DNA of 49,166 nucleotides from an uncultured Staphylococcaceae bacterium (GTDB lineage: Bacteria > Bacillota_I > Bacilli_A > RFN20 > CAG-826). The notes under the pieces were generated by a model. It was not told the DNA's origin, searched no databases, and worked only from the letters and a program-made list of their open reading frames with translations. Shown one piece after another: positions 1 to 9,391 of this stretch; the stretch's first letter is position 1, and the number at the start of each line of letters is the position of its first letter. The translations under genes were made by a program, and so were the position numbers. Location of the stretch: NCBI GenBank assembly GCA_964345825.1, contig CAYFSI010000004.1:1-49166 (forward strand). The letters are read 5' to 3'.

Positions 1-1038
1 CGTTGATGTGTCGGCATAGGTTCGATAGTCAGGATCCCAATCATCTAACAAAGAATCGAATAATGCAGATGTTTGATGAGAAAGTTAAATATGTCCCAAG
101 AAGAAAGATGCCACACGTTTTATGTATCGATGAGATTAGATTCTCGGAAGAACTAGATCAAAAATACTGCTGTGTTTTATATGATTTTGAAAATAAGGAA
201 ATCGTCGATATTATCAAAAATAGACAAATGCCTTTTCTAAGAGAATATTTTAGTAACATCCCTATAAAAGAAAGGGAGAATACTAAAGTATTTATTTCTG
301 ATATGTATGATGCTTATGCTTCAGTATGTACCTCATATTTTCCTAAAGCCATCCACGTTGTTGATATGTTTCATATCGTCACTCAATTAACTCGCGCGGT
401 GAACACGCTAAGGGTTAACACAATGAACGGCTATACCGAGAAAAAAGATCCTTATTACAATTTTATGAAAAGCAAATGGAAATGCTTCTTAAGCCGAGCA
501 GAAAAGATTCCGGACAAACGATACACGTACATGAAAACGGGAGAGACATTTCATTATGATGAGATGGTTTATAAATGCATCGCTTTTAACAATAAATTCT
601 CTTCTGGATATTTAGCTCTCCAAGATTTGTTTCATTTCCCTTATTCCAGCGATTATGAGGAATCGTTAAAGTTTATCGAATTCCTATCTCAAAAATTAAA
701 TAACTCATTTTCTGATCTATTGAAGAAAGTTGGTGAAACATACCATCAATGGAGATTTGAAATCGCCAATGCATTTACGGTTGGAAACAAAGAAATCAGA
801 TATACGAATGCAATTGCTGAATGTTTGAATAATCAGTTAAAAACAATTATTAAGTCCGCTTATGGATATCACAATTTTGAACGTTTTAGAAAGCGGGCTA
901 TGTTGATCACTACATATCGAAAGAAACCATAGAAAAAGGACACGGATTTCTCCATGTCCCTTATGCACAGTTTATTTCACAGTTTTGTATAGTTATGAAT
1001 CGAAATACACAATTATACACACTTTATTTCACTGAGCC
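1..1038 (+). mobile_element. ISL3-family insertion sequence, right-hand part (left end lies outside the window)
   Basis: The transposase ORF runs off the 5' edge. About 85-105 nt past its stop, CACACTTTATTTCACTGAGCC (1018-1038; reverse complement GGCTCAGTGAAATAAAGTGTG) resembles the GGCTC...AAATAAAGTG terminal inverted repeats of ISL3 elements. A subterminal TTTATTTCAC copy also occurs at about 971-980. Confidence 0.65.
3..932 (+). CDS. ISL3-family transposase, C-terminal 309 aa (5'-truncated by window edge)
   Basis: Motifs typical of ISL3 DDE transposases: VLCIDEIRF, VLYDFENKEIVDII, FISDMYDAY, HVVDMFHIV, and C-terminal NAIAECLNNQLKTIIKSAYGYHNFERFRKR. Confidence 0.9.
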   Translation: MMCRHRFDSQDPNHLTKNRIMQMFDEKVKYVPRRKMPHVLCIDEIRFSEELDQKYCCVLYDFENKEIVDIIKNRQMPFLREYFSNIPIKERENTKVFISDMYDAYASVCTSYFPKAIHVVDMFHIVTQLTRAVNTLRVNTMNGYTEKKDPYYNFMKSKWKCFLSRAEKIPDKRYTYMKTGETFHYDEMVYKCIAFNNKFSSGYLALQDLFHFPYSSDYEESLKFIEFLSQKLNNSFSDLLKKVGETYHQWRFEIANAFTVGNKEIRYTNAIAECLNNQLKTIIKSAYGYHNFERFRKRAMLITTYRKKP

Positions 1039-1048
1039 AAAAAGAAAA

Positions 1049-1082
1049 GACCGAAGTCTCTCGAATTCGGTCGCATTTTTTT
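1049..1082. terminator. Bidirectional intrinsic terminator between the IS end and the reductase gene
   Basis: Stem GACCGAA (1049-1055) pairs with TTCGGTC (1066-1072). It is flanked by an A-rich run upstream and a T7 run downstream. Confidence 0.6.
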
Positions 1083-1087
1083 GTTCT

Positions 1088-3151
1088 TTAGATTTTCATC
1101 GCCACATCCCAAGCTCGCCAGATGACAGTGCGCAAATTGCCAACACCATTACAGTCACCAACGAGATGGATATGTTTTCCTTTTTTAGAAAGTGGAGAAG
1201 GAATATATCCGATTGAACTGATAACCGCGCTGGCGGGAATAGTGGATTCAGTACCTTCTTTGTCAACGACAACGACAGCATCTTTTTTTATCTCTTTGAC
1301 CATTGTTTCAAGATGAATTGGCGTGTGATGTAAAGCGAAATAATCGCGTAAGTAAGAACTATTCGCCAAGCACACTCCTTTGACAGCAATAAGATCGTTT
1401 TTCATTTCGACAATCGTTGGTTTCTTGCCCTTAAGACATAATTCATAAGCAATTTCACAGCCGGTTAATCCGCCACCGATAACAACTGGGTTTTCACCAA
1501 CATCAGCTTTTCCAGATAAGAAGTCAATCGCTTCAATGGCTTTTTCGCTTCCGGGTACATGAAGATGGCGAGCTCTAGAACCAGTTGCGATAACGACTTC
1601 ATCAAATCCTTTAGTAAAGCAATCTAAGCAGTTTGCTTCTTCTTTTAAATGAATCTTGATAGCGGGGTATTTTTTAATCTCTTTGAGATACCACTCAACT
1701 AAGCGCTTATCATTTTCCTTAAATGAAGGAGTGCAGGCTGCAGTAAAGACGCCGCCTAATTTATCGGTTTTTTCAACGATAGTGACTTTATGGCCACGTT
1801 TCGCTAAGACAATGGCGGCTTCCATACCACCGATACCGCCTCCGATAACGACAACATTTTTCGCTTTCTTGGCTTTGATAATCTTATATTTCTTTGATTG
1901 CATGGTTTCCGGATTAAGTGCGCATCTAGCCATGTGAAGAGCGTCATGCAAATCTTGATCATTGGCTACGCCTTTATAATTAGCCATGTTGAAGCATCCG
2001 TTATGACATTGGATGCAAGGACGAATTTCTTCTTCTTTGCCCTCCATCAATTTGGTGACCCATTCTTCGTCAGAGAGGAATTGACGGGCTACGCCCATAC
2101 CATCAATTTTGCCTTCTTTAATCGCTTCCGCAGCGATCTCAGGAGTCATACGGCCAGCAACGACGACGGGAATATCAACAAACTTCTTGATGTGTTCAAC
2201 TTCAGGAAGATTGCAGTTATTGCTCATATACACTGGTGGATGGGCCCAGTACCAAGCATCATATGTGCCATTATCGCAGTTAAGCATGTCATAACCAGCC
2301 TCTTGGAGGTATTTAGCGGCTTTCTCGCTCTCTTCCATATCGCGGCCCACCTCAGTGTATTTTTCACCTGGTAATGCGCCTTGATTGAAGCCTTTTGTCT
2401 TGCTGACAACAGAATAACGCAAGGAGACAGGATAATCCTTACCACAGGCCTCTTTAATTGCTTTAACAATCTCAACGGGGAAGCGGTAGCGGTTTTCAAA
2501 ACTTCCACCCCACTTATCTTTTCTAAGATTGGTGTATTTCATTGTGAATTGATCGAGCAGATAGCCTTCGTGAACAGCGTGGACTTCCACACCATCAACA
2601 CCAGCCTCCATACAAAGTTTGGCGGTTTTAGCAAATCCTTCAATGATTTTATGAATTTGTTTTTCCGTCATTTCTTTGGTCATGACCTTATCACTCCAAC
2701 GATTAGGAGTGACACTTGGAGCGGAATTAATCCAATCCATATTAAAAACTGGTTTCATTAATGTACCTAACACTTTGTTTGTGCTGCATTTGACCATGAT
2801 ATCGTTTAATGCCATGGAGCGACCAAAACCAGCCGTTAATTGGACAAACAATTTAGCGCCTGTTTTATGGAGTTCATTCATGAAAACTTTTAGTTTCTTG
2901 TACATTCCTTTATTGGAATATAACCATCCACCCATCATCGGGTTTTTGATTGGGGCGATACCAGGGAGAATTAAGCCGACATTATTCTTGGCTTTTCCCA
3001 TGATAAATTTCGCGGCTTCTTCATCAAAATGAGCGGGTTCCATCCATCCAAAAAGACTGGTTCCGCCCATTGACGTCATGACAATACGGTTCTTAATCTC
3101 GACATTTCTGATTTTCCACGATGTAAAAAGTGGGTCATATTTTTTGTTCAT
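1088..3151 (-). CDS. FMN/FAD/[4Fe-4S] NADH:flavin oxidoreductase of the 2-enoate reductase / 2,4-dienoyl-CoA reductase (FadH, BaiCD/BaiH-like) family
   Basis: 687 aa. The N-terminal half looks like an Old-Yellow-Enzyme TIM barrel (HAVHEGYLLDQF, GRMTPE). It has a Cys cluster CIQCHNGC...C and a C-terminal Rossmann motif VVVIGGGIGGMEAA plus a second one, VVIGGGLTGCE. Confidence 0.85.
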   Translation of the reverse strand: MNKKYDPLFTSWKIRNVEIKNRIVMTSMGGTSLFGWMEPAHFDEEAAKFIMGKAKNNVGLILPGIAPIKNPMMGGWLYSNKGMYKKLKVFMNELHKTGAKLFVQLTAGFGRSMALNDIMVKCSTNKVLGTLMKPVFNMDWINSAPSVTPNRWSDKVMTKEMTEKQIHKIIEGFAKTAKLCMEAGVDGVEVHAVHEGYLLDQFTMKYTNLRKDKWGGSFENRYRFPVEIVKAIKEACGKDYPVSLRYSVVSKTKGFNQGALPGEKYTEVGRDMEESEKAAKYLQEAGYDMLNCDNGTYDAWYWAHPPVYMSNNCNLPEVEHIKKFVDIPVVVAGRMTPEIAAEAIKEGKIDGMGVARQFLSDEEWVTKLMEGKEEEIRPCIQCHNGCFNMANYKGVANDQDLHDALHMARCALNPETMQSKKYKIIKAKKAKNVVVIGGGIGGMEAAIVLAKRGHKVTIVEKTDKLGGVFTAACTPSFKENDKRLVEWYLKEIKKYPAIKIHLKEEANCLDCFTKGFDEVVIATGSRARHLHVPGSEKAIEAIDFLSGKADVGENPVVIGGGLTGCEIAYELCLKGKKPTIVEMKNDLIAVKGVCLANSSYLRDYFALHHTPIHLETMVKEIKKDAVVVVDKEGTESTIPASAVISSIGYIPSPLSKKGKHIHLVGDCNGVGNLRTVIWRAWDVAMKI

Positions 3152-3274
3152 AAGATTACCTCTATTATCTATATTAGATGATAATTGAAGGTCTTGTATA
3201 ACAAATTAAGCGAATAGTGTTATTATTTATGCAAAGAACAACGTTCGCGTTTATTAAAATAAGGAGAAACTTTT

Positions 3275-4570
3275 ATGTATGAACCTAAAATGGAACTGAC
3301 AAATGAACAGCGTGACATTTTGAATGGTAAGCAAGGCGAAACAATGGCCAAAATCATGGAAACAGTCGTGATGTTTGGCGATATGTTTGAAGCCCCACGC
3401 CTAATCAAAGTAACTCATGATGATGGTCATTTAGTCACTTCCTTCGGCATTGGAATCTGCAAGCCCCTATTCTCAACTATGGATAGAATCAATGAGGCAG
3501 GAATTACGACAAAAGGTAAATTTACTGTCGACCCCCGTCCTTACGACTACAAGAATGTGAAGTGTTCACTTCTTGATAAATTGGTCTATAGCAAAATTCT
3601 CTTTTCCCAACAAAAAAGATATGAAGGACAGCTAAAAAAAGTTGGTCTTCGCGATAGCAATGCATTCACCTGCACATCCTATTTACCAGAAGTTGGAAAC
3701 ACTCCAAAGAAGGGTGACATCCTTTCTTGGGCTGAAAGCTCTGCGGTGGTTTTTGCTAACTCAGTTCTAGGTGCAAGATGCAATCGCAACTCTGGTATGC
3801 TTGACCTTTTCGGATCAATTATTGGCTATGTTCCTGAGTTTGGATTTTTAACCGACAAAGGAAGAAAAGCAACCTGGAGAATAATTGTAAAAACAAGCAA
3901 GATTCCCGAAGCTCAAATTCTCGGATCTGCGATTGGAATGAAAGTCATGGAAGATGTTCCCTATGTTGAGGGACTCGACAAATATCTTGGAACTGAACTC
4001 AATGATTTTGCCATCGGATATCTTAAGGATTTCGGAGCCGCAACAGCCTCAAATGGAGCGGTTGGTTTATACCATATCGCCAATTTGACCCCTGAAGCAA
4101 AGGAATTTGGAGAAAAATTACTTGTTCCAAACGCAAAAGAATACATCATTGATGATGCTGAATTAGAACGCGTTTATCATGATTATCCCATCATGTGGAA
4201 AGATAAAACTAAGAAAGGCAATCTCATTTTCATCGGTTGCCCTCACCTTACTTTCCAGCAACTCAACCAATGGACCGACAAGATTAGCAATGGCTTAAAA
4301 GAGACGGGAAGAAAGAAAGTGGCAATTAGAACAATTTTAACCTCATCTCCTGATGTAGTTGAAAAGTTTAAGAAGTCAGATAAATACTCTGTTTTAATAG
4401 CAACTGGAGCGAAGTTATCGAGTATTTGCCCATTAATGTATACGAATAATCCTCTCACCAAAAAGAAGAGAATTATTACTTCTTCTAACAAGTTAAGAAC
4501 CTATTCTTTAGCTAGATATTACAAGGATGAAGAAGTTTTAAACTTTGTCATTGGCAAGGAGGGAAAATAA
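3275..4570 (+). CDS. Aconitase X catalytic (large) subunit, DUF521 family
   Basis: 431 aa. The N-terminus LTNEQRDILNGKQGETMAKIME and the overall length are typical of DUF521/AcnX. It is immediately followed by a DUF126-type ORF. RBS AAGGAGA precedes the start. Confidence 0.7.
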   Translation: MYEPKMELTNEQRDILNGKQGETMAKIMETVVMFGDMFEAPRLIKVTHDDGHLVTSFGIGICKPLFSTMDRINEAGITTKGKFTVDPRPYDYKNVKCSLLDKLVYSKILFSQQKRYEGQLKKVGLRDSNAFTCTSYLPEVGNTPKKGDILSWAESSAVVFANSVLGARCNRNSGMLDLFGSIIGYVPEFGFLTDKGRKATWRIIVKTSKIPEAQILGSAIGMKVMEDVPYVEGLDKYLGTELNDFAIGYLKDFGAATASNGAVGLYHIANLTPEAKEFGEKLLVPNAKEYIIDDAELERVYHDYPIMWKDKTKKGNLIFIGCPHLTFQQLNQWTDKISNGLKETGRKKVAIRTILTSSPDVVEKFKKSDKYSVLIATGAKLSSICPLMYTNNPLTKKKRIITSSNKLRTYSLARYYKDEEVLNFVIGKEGK

Positions 4571-4571
4571 A

Positions 4572-5012
4572 ATGAAACAATTTAAAGGTAGAGTCCTGGC
4601 ATCAGGAACTTACGTTGGTGAAGCCGTCGTCACACATCAAGGTGTCAACACATTAGCGTCATTTCAAAAAGCGATTATTGGAAACAAAAAAATTGCTACC
4701 ATTTCTGATCAAGGAAATAAGGACCTCTATGGACTCGAAGTGACAGGAAAAGCGTTGTGTTTACCCCTTACCATCGGCTCAACAACCGGAGGATTAGTCA
4801 TCCAAACGATTTGCGCAATGGGCAACGCTCCTGCTGCATTTCTCTTCTCCGAACACATTGATTCTTTAGCGGGATCAGGAATTGTGTTAGCCAGAATTTG
4901 GGAAAATAGTCCCGTTATCGCTATTGATCAATTAGGCAAAGATTTCCTCGAAACTGTGAAAACAGGTGATAAAATTGAAATCAAAGAAGATGGGACAGTC
5001 ATAATCCTATAA
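4572..5012 (+). CDS. Aconitase X swivel (small) subunit, DUF126 family
   Basis: 146 aa from the ATG at 4572, preceded by RBS AAGGAGGG. The ORF-track start at 4545 overlaps the upstream gene and lacks an RBS. The G-rich core LPLTIGSTTGG is typical of DUF126. Confidence 0.7.
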   Translation: MKQFKGRVLASGTYVGEAVVTHQGVNTLASFQKAIIGNKKIATISDQGNKDLYGLEVTGKALCLPLTIGSTTGGLVIQTICAMGNAPAAFLFSEHIDSLAGSGIVLARIWENSPVIAIDQLGKDFLETVKTGDKIEIKEDGTVIIL

Positions 5013-5028
5013 CATAGATTTAAGATAA

Positions 5029-5057
5029 ATCTCGGTTAAAAAGGCCGGGATTTTTTC
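5029..5057 (+). terminator. Intrinsic terminator after the acnX pair
   Basis: Stem ATCTCGG pairs with CCGGGAT (one G-U pair), followed by T6. Confidence 0.6.
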
Positions 5058-5095
5058 TTTTGTGCCGATTATGTGGGTGTAAACCATTTTTATAC

Positions 5096-5124
5096 TTGTC
5101 AATGTGCGTGTGCCTGCGTAAAAT
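5096..5124 (+). promoter_or_regulatory. Sigma-A-type promoter of the hydrogenase operon
   Basis: TTGTCA (5096-5101), 17 nt spacer, TAAAAT (5119-5124), about 40 nt upstream of the hydC start. Confidence 0.5.
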
Positions 5125-5166
5125 GAATGCGCTGGTTTTATGCGAGAAACCAAATAGGAGGTTATT

Positions 5167-5658
5167 ATGGCGCATTTACAAAGTAGTGCTGTAGCGCAGA
5201 TTACAAAAATAGTCGAACGTTACAAAGATGAACCAACCCCATTAATGATGATTCTCGAGGATGTTCAAAAAGAATATGGTTATGTTCCTCTCGAGGTTCA
5301 AGAATTAATTTCTGATTTGACAGACATTCCGGTCAGTGAAATCTATGGAGTGGTGACATTCTATTCCTTTTTCTCTTTGACCCCAAAAGGCAAGTACGTT
5401 ATTGGCGTTTGCCTTGGTACAGCTTGTTATGTTAAGGGTGCCCAATTAATATTGGACAAATTTTGCGAGATTTTAAAAATTAAACCCGGAGAAACAACTC
5501 CAGATGGATTATTCACTATTGATGTCCTTCGTTGCATAGGCGCTTGCGCCATTGCACCAGCAGTGTCAGTAAATGGAAAAGTCTACCCCCAAGTTAAAGT
5601 GGATAATGTTATAAAAATTATTAACACATACGAACATAAAGAAATGGAGGTTCAATAA
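5167..5658 (+). CDS. hydC: [FeFe]-hydrogenase HydC subunit (NuoE-like, thioredoxin-like [2Fe-2S])
   Basis: 163 aa. NuoE Cys pattern CLGTACYV ... CIGACAIAP. RBS AGGAGG. First gene of a three-gene set with NuoF-like and HydA genes. Confidence 0.85.
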   Translation: MAHLQSSAVAQITKIVERYKDEPTPLMMILEDVQKEYGYVPLEVQELISDLTDIPVSEIYGVVTFYSFFSLTPKGKYVIGVCLGTACYVKGAQLILDKFCEILKIKPGETTPDGLFTIDVLRCIGACAIAPAVSVNGKVYPQVKVDNVIKIINTYEHKEMEVQ

Positions 5659-5660
5659 TC

Positions 5661-7565
5661 ATGGCGAAAATTGAAGTAATCAAATCTGAAAAACAATTGC
5701 TAGACAAAATTAGTCATTGCGGAACCTGCTTAGAGAAAAAATTCCACTGCCAGGATGGACATAGAGCCATTGTCATCTGTGGCGGAACTGGATGCTTGTC
5801 CAGTGAATCCAGCGAAATCCTAGCCAAATTCAAAAGTCTTATTGAAGAAAAAGGACTTGGTGAAAAAGTCACTGCCAACATCGTTGGGTGCTTTGGATTC
5901 TGTTCACAAGGACCAATCGTCAAGATTTTCCCAGAAGAAACTTTATACACCAAAGTGAAAACGACGGATGTTCAAGAAATTTTTGATACTGATATCATCG
6001 GAGGAGAAGTTGTTGAACGTCTCTTATTCATTGATCCTGTCACTAATCAAAAAGTCAAAAAACAACACGAAATCAATTTCTATAGATTACAAAAACGTGA
6101 CATTGCCCTTCGTGGTAATGGCGATATCAACCCAGAAGATATCGACGAAGCTTTTGGCGATGGCTCTTTCATCGCTTTAAACAAAGCTCTCCACATGACT
6201 CGTCAACAAGTTATCGATGAAGTTTTAAAGTCAGGCTTACGTGGCCGTGGCGGTGCTGGATTCCCAGCCGGTCGAAAATGGCAATTCGCCTACAACGTGG
6301 ATGTTGAAGAAAAATACATTATTTGTAACGGAGATGAAGGTGATCCAGGTGCATTTATGGATCGTTCAATCATCGAAGGAAACCCAGTTAACGTCATCGA
6401 AGGTATGATGATTGCTGGCTACGCTATCGGAGCGAAAAACGGGTACTTTTATGTCCGTGCTGAATACCCTGTCGCTGTCGAACGCTTAAAGAAAGCCATT
6501 GCTGAATTAGAAGAAATTGGTTTATTAGGAGACAACATTCTTGGAACTGATTTCTCTTTCCGCTGTCATATTCGTCTTGGCGCTGGAGCCTTCGTATGTG
6601 GTGAAGAAACTGCTTTATTAAATAGTATGGAAGGCAAACGAGGCATGCCTCGTCCACGTCCTCCATTCCCAGCCGTAAAAGGTTTATGGGACAAACCAAG
6701 CGTCATCAATAACGTTGAGACATTAGCTAACGTTCCTTATATTTTCCGTGAAGGCGCTGAACATTATGCCTCTTTTGGCACTGCGGATAGCAAAGGCACA
6801 AAGGTTTTTGCTCTCGGCGGTAAAGTTAACAATGTCGGTTTAGTGGAAATTCCTATGGGAACTACCTTAAGACAATTAATTTTTGATATTGGTGGCGGTA
6901 TTCCAGGAGGAAAGAAATTCAAAGCCATTCAAACAGGTGGACCTTCTGGCGGATGTTTGACTGAAAAAGATCTTGATATACCAATCGACTATGCTTCCTT
7001 AATTGCCCATGGCTCAATGATGGGCTCAGGCGGAGCTATCGTCATGGATGAAGATAACTGCATGGTTGATGTTGCTAAGTTCTATATGACCTTTATTTGT
7101 GAAGAATCATGCGGCAAATGTTCCCCTTGTCGTATTGGCACAAAGAGATGCCTGGAAATCTTAAATAATATTTGTGATGGAAAAGGATCTTTAAAAGATT
7201 TAGCTGATTTAAAAGAGTTGTCTACGATTATCAAAGCTAATTCACTTTGTGGTCTTGGACAGACAGCCGCTAATCCGATTATTTCGACAATGACCGCTTT
7301 CCCTGAAGAATATCAAGCTCACGTTGTCGATCACGAATGTCATGCTCATGTTTGTAAGAGCATGATGCAATATCACATTATTCCGGATGCTTGTTTTGGA
7401 TGCGGATCTTGTGCACGTGCTTGCCCAACCAATGCTATTTCCAAGACCGAAGAGCCGTCTAAGAAGAATCCTCGTCTCTTCATTCATGTCATCGACCAAA
7501 GCAAATGTATTAAATGTGGATCTTGTATGGCGACCTGTCGCTTCAATTCCATCATTAAGAAGTAA
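5661..7565 (+). CDS. hydB: [FeFe]-hydrogenase HydB subunit (NuoF-like, FMN/NAD(H)-binding)
   Basis: 634 aa. N-terminal [2Fe-2S] domain (CGGTGC...GCFGFCSQGP), NuoF core GLRGRGGAGFPAGRKW and CNGDEGDPGAF, ESCGKCSPCR, and two C-terminal ferredoxin motifs, CFGCGSCARACP and CIKCGSCMATC. Confidence 0.9.
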   Translation: MAKIEVIKSEKQLLDKISHCGTCLEKKFHCQDGHRAIVICGGTGCLSSESSEILAKFKSLIEEKGLGEKVTANIVGCFGFCSQGPIVKIFPEETLYTKVKTTDVQEIFDTDIIGGEVVERLLFIDPVTNQKVKKQHEINFYRLQKRDIALRGNGDINPEDIDEAFGDGSFIALNKALHMTRQQVIDEVLKSGLRGRGGAGFPAGRKWQFAYNVDVEEKYIICNGDEGDPGAFMDRSIIEGNPVNVIEGMMIAGYAIGAKNGYFYVRAEYPVAVERLKKAIAELEEIGLLGDNILGTDFSFRCHIRLGAGAFVCGEETALLNSMEGKRGMPRPRPPFPAVKGLWDKPSVINNVETLANVPYIFREGAEHYASFGTADSKGTKVFALGGKVNNVGLVEIPMGTTLRQLIFDIGGGIPGGKKFKAIQTGGPSGGCLTEKDLDIPIDYASLIAHGSMMGSGGAIVMDEDNCMVDVAKFYMTFICEESCGKCSPCRIGTKRCLEILNNICDGKGSLKDLADLKELSTIIKANSLCGLGQTAANPIISTMTAFPEEYQAHVVDHECHAHVCKSMMQYHIIPDACFGCGSCARACPTNAISKTEEPSKKNPRLFIHVIDQSKCIKCGSCMATCRFNSIIKK

Positions 7566-7577
7566 GGAGGATAGAAT

Positions 7578-9341
7578 ATGTCATTAATTAATATTAAAAT
7601 TGAAGGCAAACCCTTCCAAGTCGAAGCGGGACTAACTGTTTTAGAAGCTTGTCGTAAGTGTGGCTTTGTTATTCCCTCTCTTTGTTCATTCAATCATGGC
7701 AAAAACTCTCTTGCTAGTTGCCGTGTCTGCTTAGTAGAAATCAAAGGTGCGCGAGGACTTAGCGCTTCATGTGTATATCCCGTTAATGAAGGAATGGAAA
7801 TTAGCATTTCTTCGCCAACCGCAACGGAGGCTCGTCGCGCTTCTGTTGAACTAATTCTCAGCAATCATGAGAAAAATTGTTTACAATGCTCAAAAAATGG
7901 TCACTGTGAGCTCTTACATGTTGCTGAAATTGTTCAAGCTCGCGATCAAAAATACATTGGTGAATTCTCCAAAACCACTGTTGATGAAATCGCTCCTGGT
8001 CTCATTCGTAACACTGCGAAATGTATTCTTTGCGGACGTTGCATCGAGAGATGTAAAGAAGCTCAAGGGATTTCTATTCTCGGATTTGAAAATCGTGGAT
8101 TCGAAACGATTGTCGCTCCAGTTCAAAATCGCAGCTTTGCTGAATCCCCATGTTTGCAATGTGGCCAATGCGTTAATGTTTGCCCAACTGGTGCATTAAT
8201 GGAACACAGTGAAATCGATAAAGTTGATGCCGCTATTAAAGCCGGTAAAAAAGTCATCGTTCAAACCGCTCCAGCCGTTAGAGCGGCCATTGCGGAAGAA
8301 TTTGGTGAGCCAATCGGAACACCCGGAACTGGCAAAATGGTCGCCGCTCTCCACCGCTTAGGTTTCTACCGTGTCTTTGATACTAACTTCGGTGCCGACT
8401 TAACTATCATGGAAGAAGCTAACGAACTTCTTCATAGGATTAAGACTGGTGGAACTCTCCCTCAAATCACTTCCTGTTCACCGGGATGGATAAACTATAT
8501 GGAGTACTTCTATCCACAAATTATTCCTAATATCTCTACCTGCAAATCTCCCCATATGATGGTTGGAGCAATTATTAAATCCTACTTCGCGAAGAGCCAT
8601 GATATTAAACCCGAAGATATCTTCGTTGTTTCTGTTATGCCTTGCACCGCGAAAAAATATGAACGTTCTCGCCCAGAAATGGCTAACGATGTTGATGCCG
8701 TTATCACTGCTAGAGAATTAGCCAAAATGATTAAACGCGCTGGCATGGTTTGGAAAAAACTTCCTGATGAAGAATTCGATCCAGATCTATTAGGTGATTA
8801 TTCTGGTGCTGGTGTTATCTTTGGTGTCAGCGGTGGTGTTATGGAAGCTGCTTTAAGAACAACCTTCTTCTGGTTAACCGGAAAAGAATACCCCGCTATT
8901 GAGTTTAAATCAGTCCGCGGTTTGAAATACGTTAAAGAAGCCTCTATCGATGTTGATGGTAAAATAATTAAGGTTGCTGTGACATCTGGTATGAAAAACG
9001 CCAAACCTCTTCTCGAAGAAGTGAAAAACGGCACCTCGCCATACACCTTTATTGAAGTCATGGGCTGCCCTGGTGGATGCATTAATGGTGGTGGCATGCC
9101 ATATGTCAAACCTATGCTTCTCCCAAATGAGGAAGATGATATTTTGGACACATACTGTCAAAAGAGAGCCAGTGTTCTTTATAGCGAAGATGAGAGACAA
9201 GTCGTTCGTCAATCACACAATAATAAAGACATTCAAAAACTCTATAAGGACTTTCTCGGCGAGCCAGGAAGTGAGTTAGCGGAAGAATTATTACACACTC
9301 ACTACAACGCTCACCGCGAAAAATATCCGAACAAAAAGTAA
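7578..9341 (+). CDS. hydA: [FeFe]-hydrogenase catalytic subunit HydA (M3-type)
   Basis: 587 aa. N-terminal [2Fe-2S] domain, His-ligated cluster HEKNCLQCSKNGHC, two 4Fe-4S motifs (CILCGRCIERC, CLQCGQCVNVCP). H-cluster motifs are TSCSPGW, VMPCTAKKYE and EVMGCPGGCINGGGMP. Confidence 0.9.
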   Translation: MSLINIKIEGKPFQVEAGLTVLEACRKCGFVIPSLCSFNHGKNSLASCRVCLVEIKGARGLSASCVYPVNEGMEISISSPTATEARRASVELILSNHEKNCLQCSKNGHCELLHVAEIVQARDQKYIGEFSKTTVDEIAPGLIRNTAKCILCGRCIERCKEAQGISILGFENRGFETIVAPVQNRSFAESPCLQCGQCVNVCPTGALMEHSEIDKVDAAIKAGKKVIVQTAPAVRAAIAEEFGEPIGTPGTGKMVAALHRLGFYRVFDTNFGADLTIMEEANELLHRIKTGGTLPQITSCSPGWINYMEYFYPQIIPNISTCKSPHMMVGAIIKSYFAKSHDIKPEDIFVVSVMPCTAKKYERSRPEMANDVDAVITARELAKMIKRAGMVWKKLPDEEFDPDLLGDYSGAGVIFGVSGGVMEAALRTTFFWLTGKEYPAIEFKSVRGLKYVKEASIDVDGKIIKVAVTSGMKNAKPLLEEVKNGTSPYTFIEVMGCPGGCINGGGMPYVKPMLLPNEEDDILDTYCQKRASVLYSEDERQVVRQSHNNKDIQKLYKDFLGEPGSELAEELLHTHYNAHREKYPNKK

Positions 9342-9353
9342 AGATTTTGAAGA

Positions 9354-9391
9354 ATGGGACAAGAAATCATATGAAATCTTGCCCCATTTTC
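9354..9391 (+). terminator. Intrinsic terminator after hydA
   Basis: Stem ATGGGACAAGA pairs with TCTTGCCCCAT (one mismatch), followed by TTTT. Confidence 0.55.

Noticed and set aside
3152-3274. Short palindrome AACGTTCGCGTT in the divergent reductase/acnX control region, considered as a possible operator or cre site
   Set aside because: It has only 4-bp arms and does not match the cre consensus (TGWAANCGNTNWCA) or a Rex box. It is too weak to call.
5100-5166. Repeated (A/T)ATGCG motifs around the hydrogenase promoter, considered as a possible Rex or other redox-regulator operator
   Set aside because: There is no match to the Rex consensus TTGTGAAnnnnnnTTCACAA, and the repeats are only 5-6 nt long.
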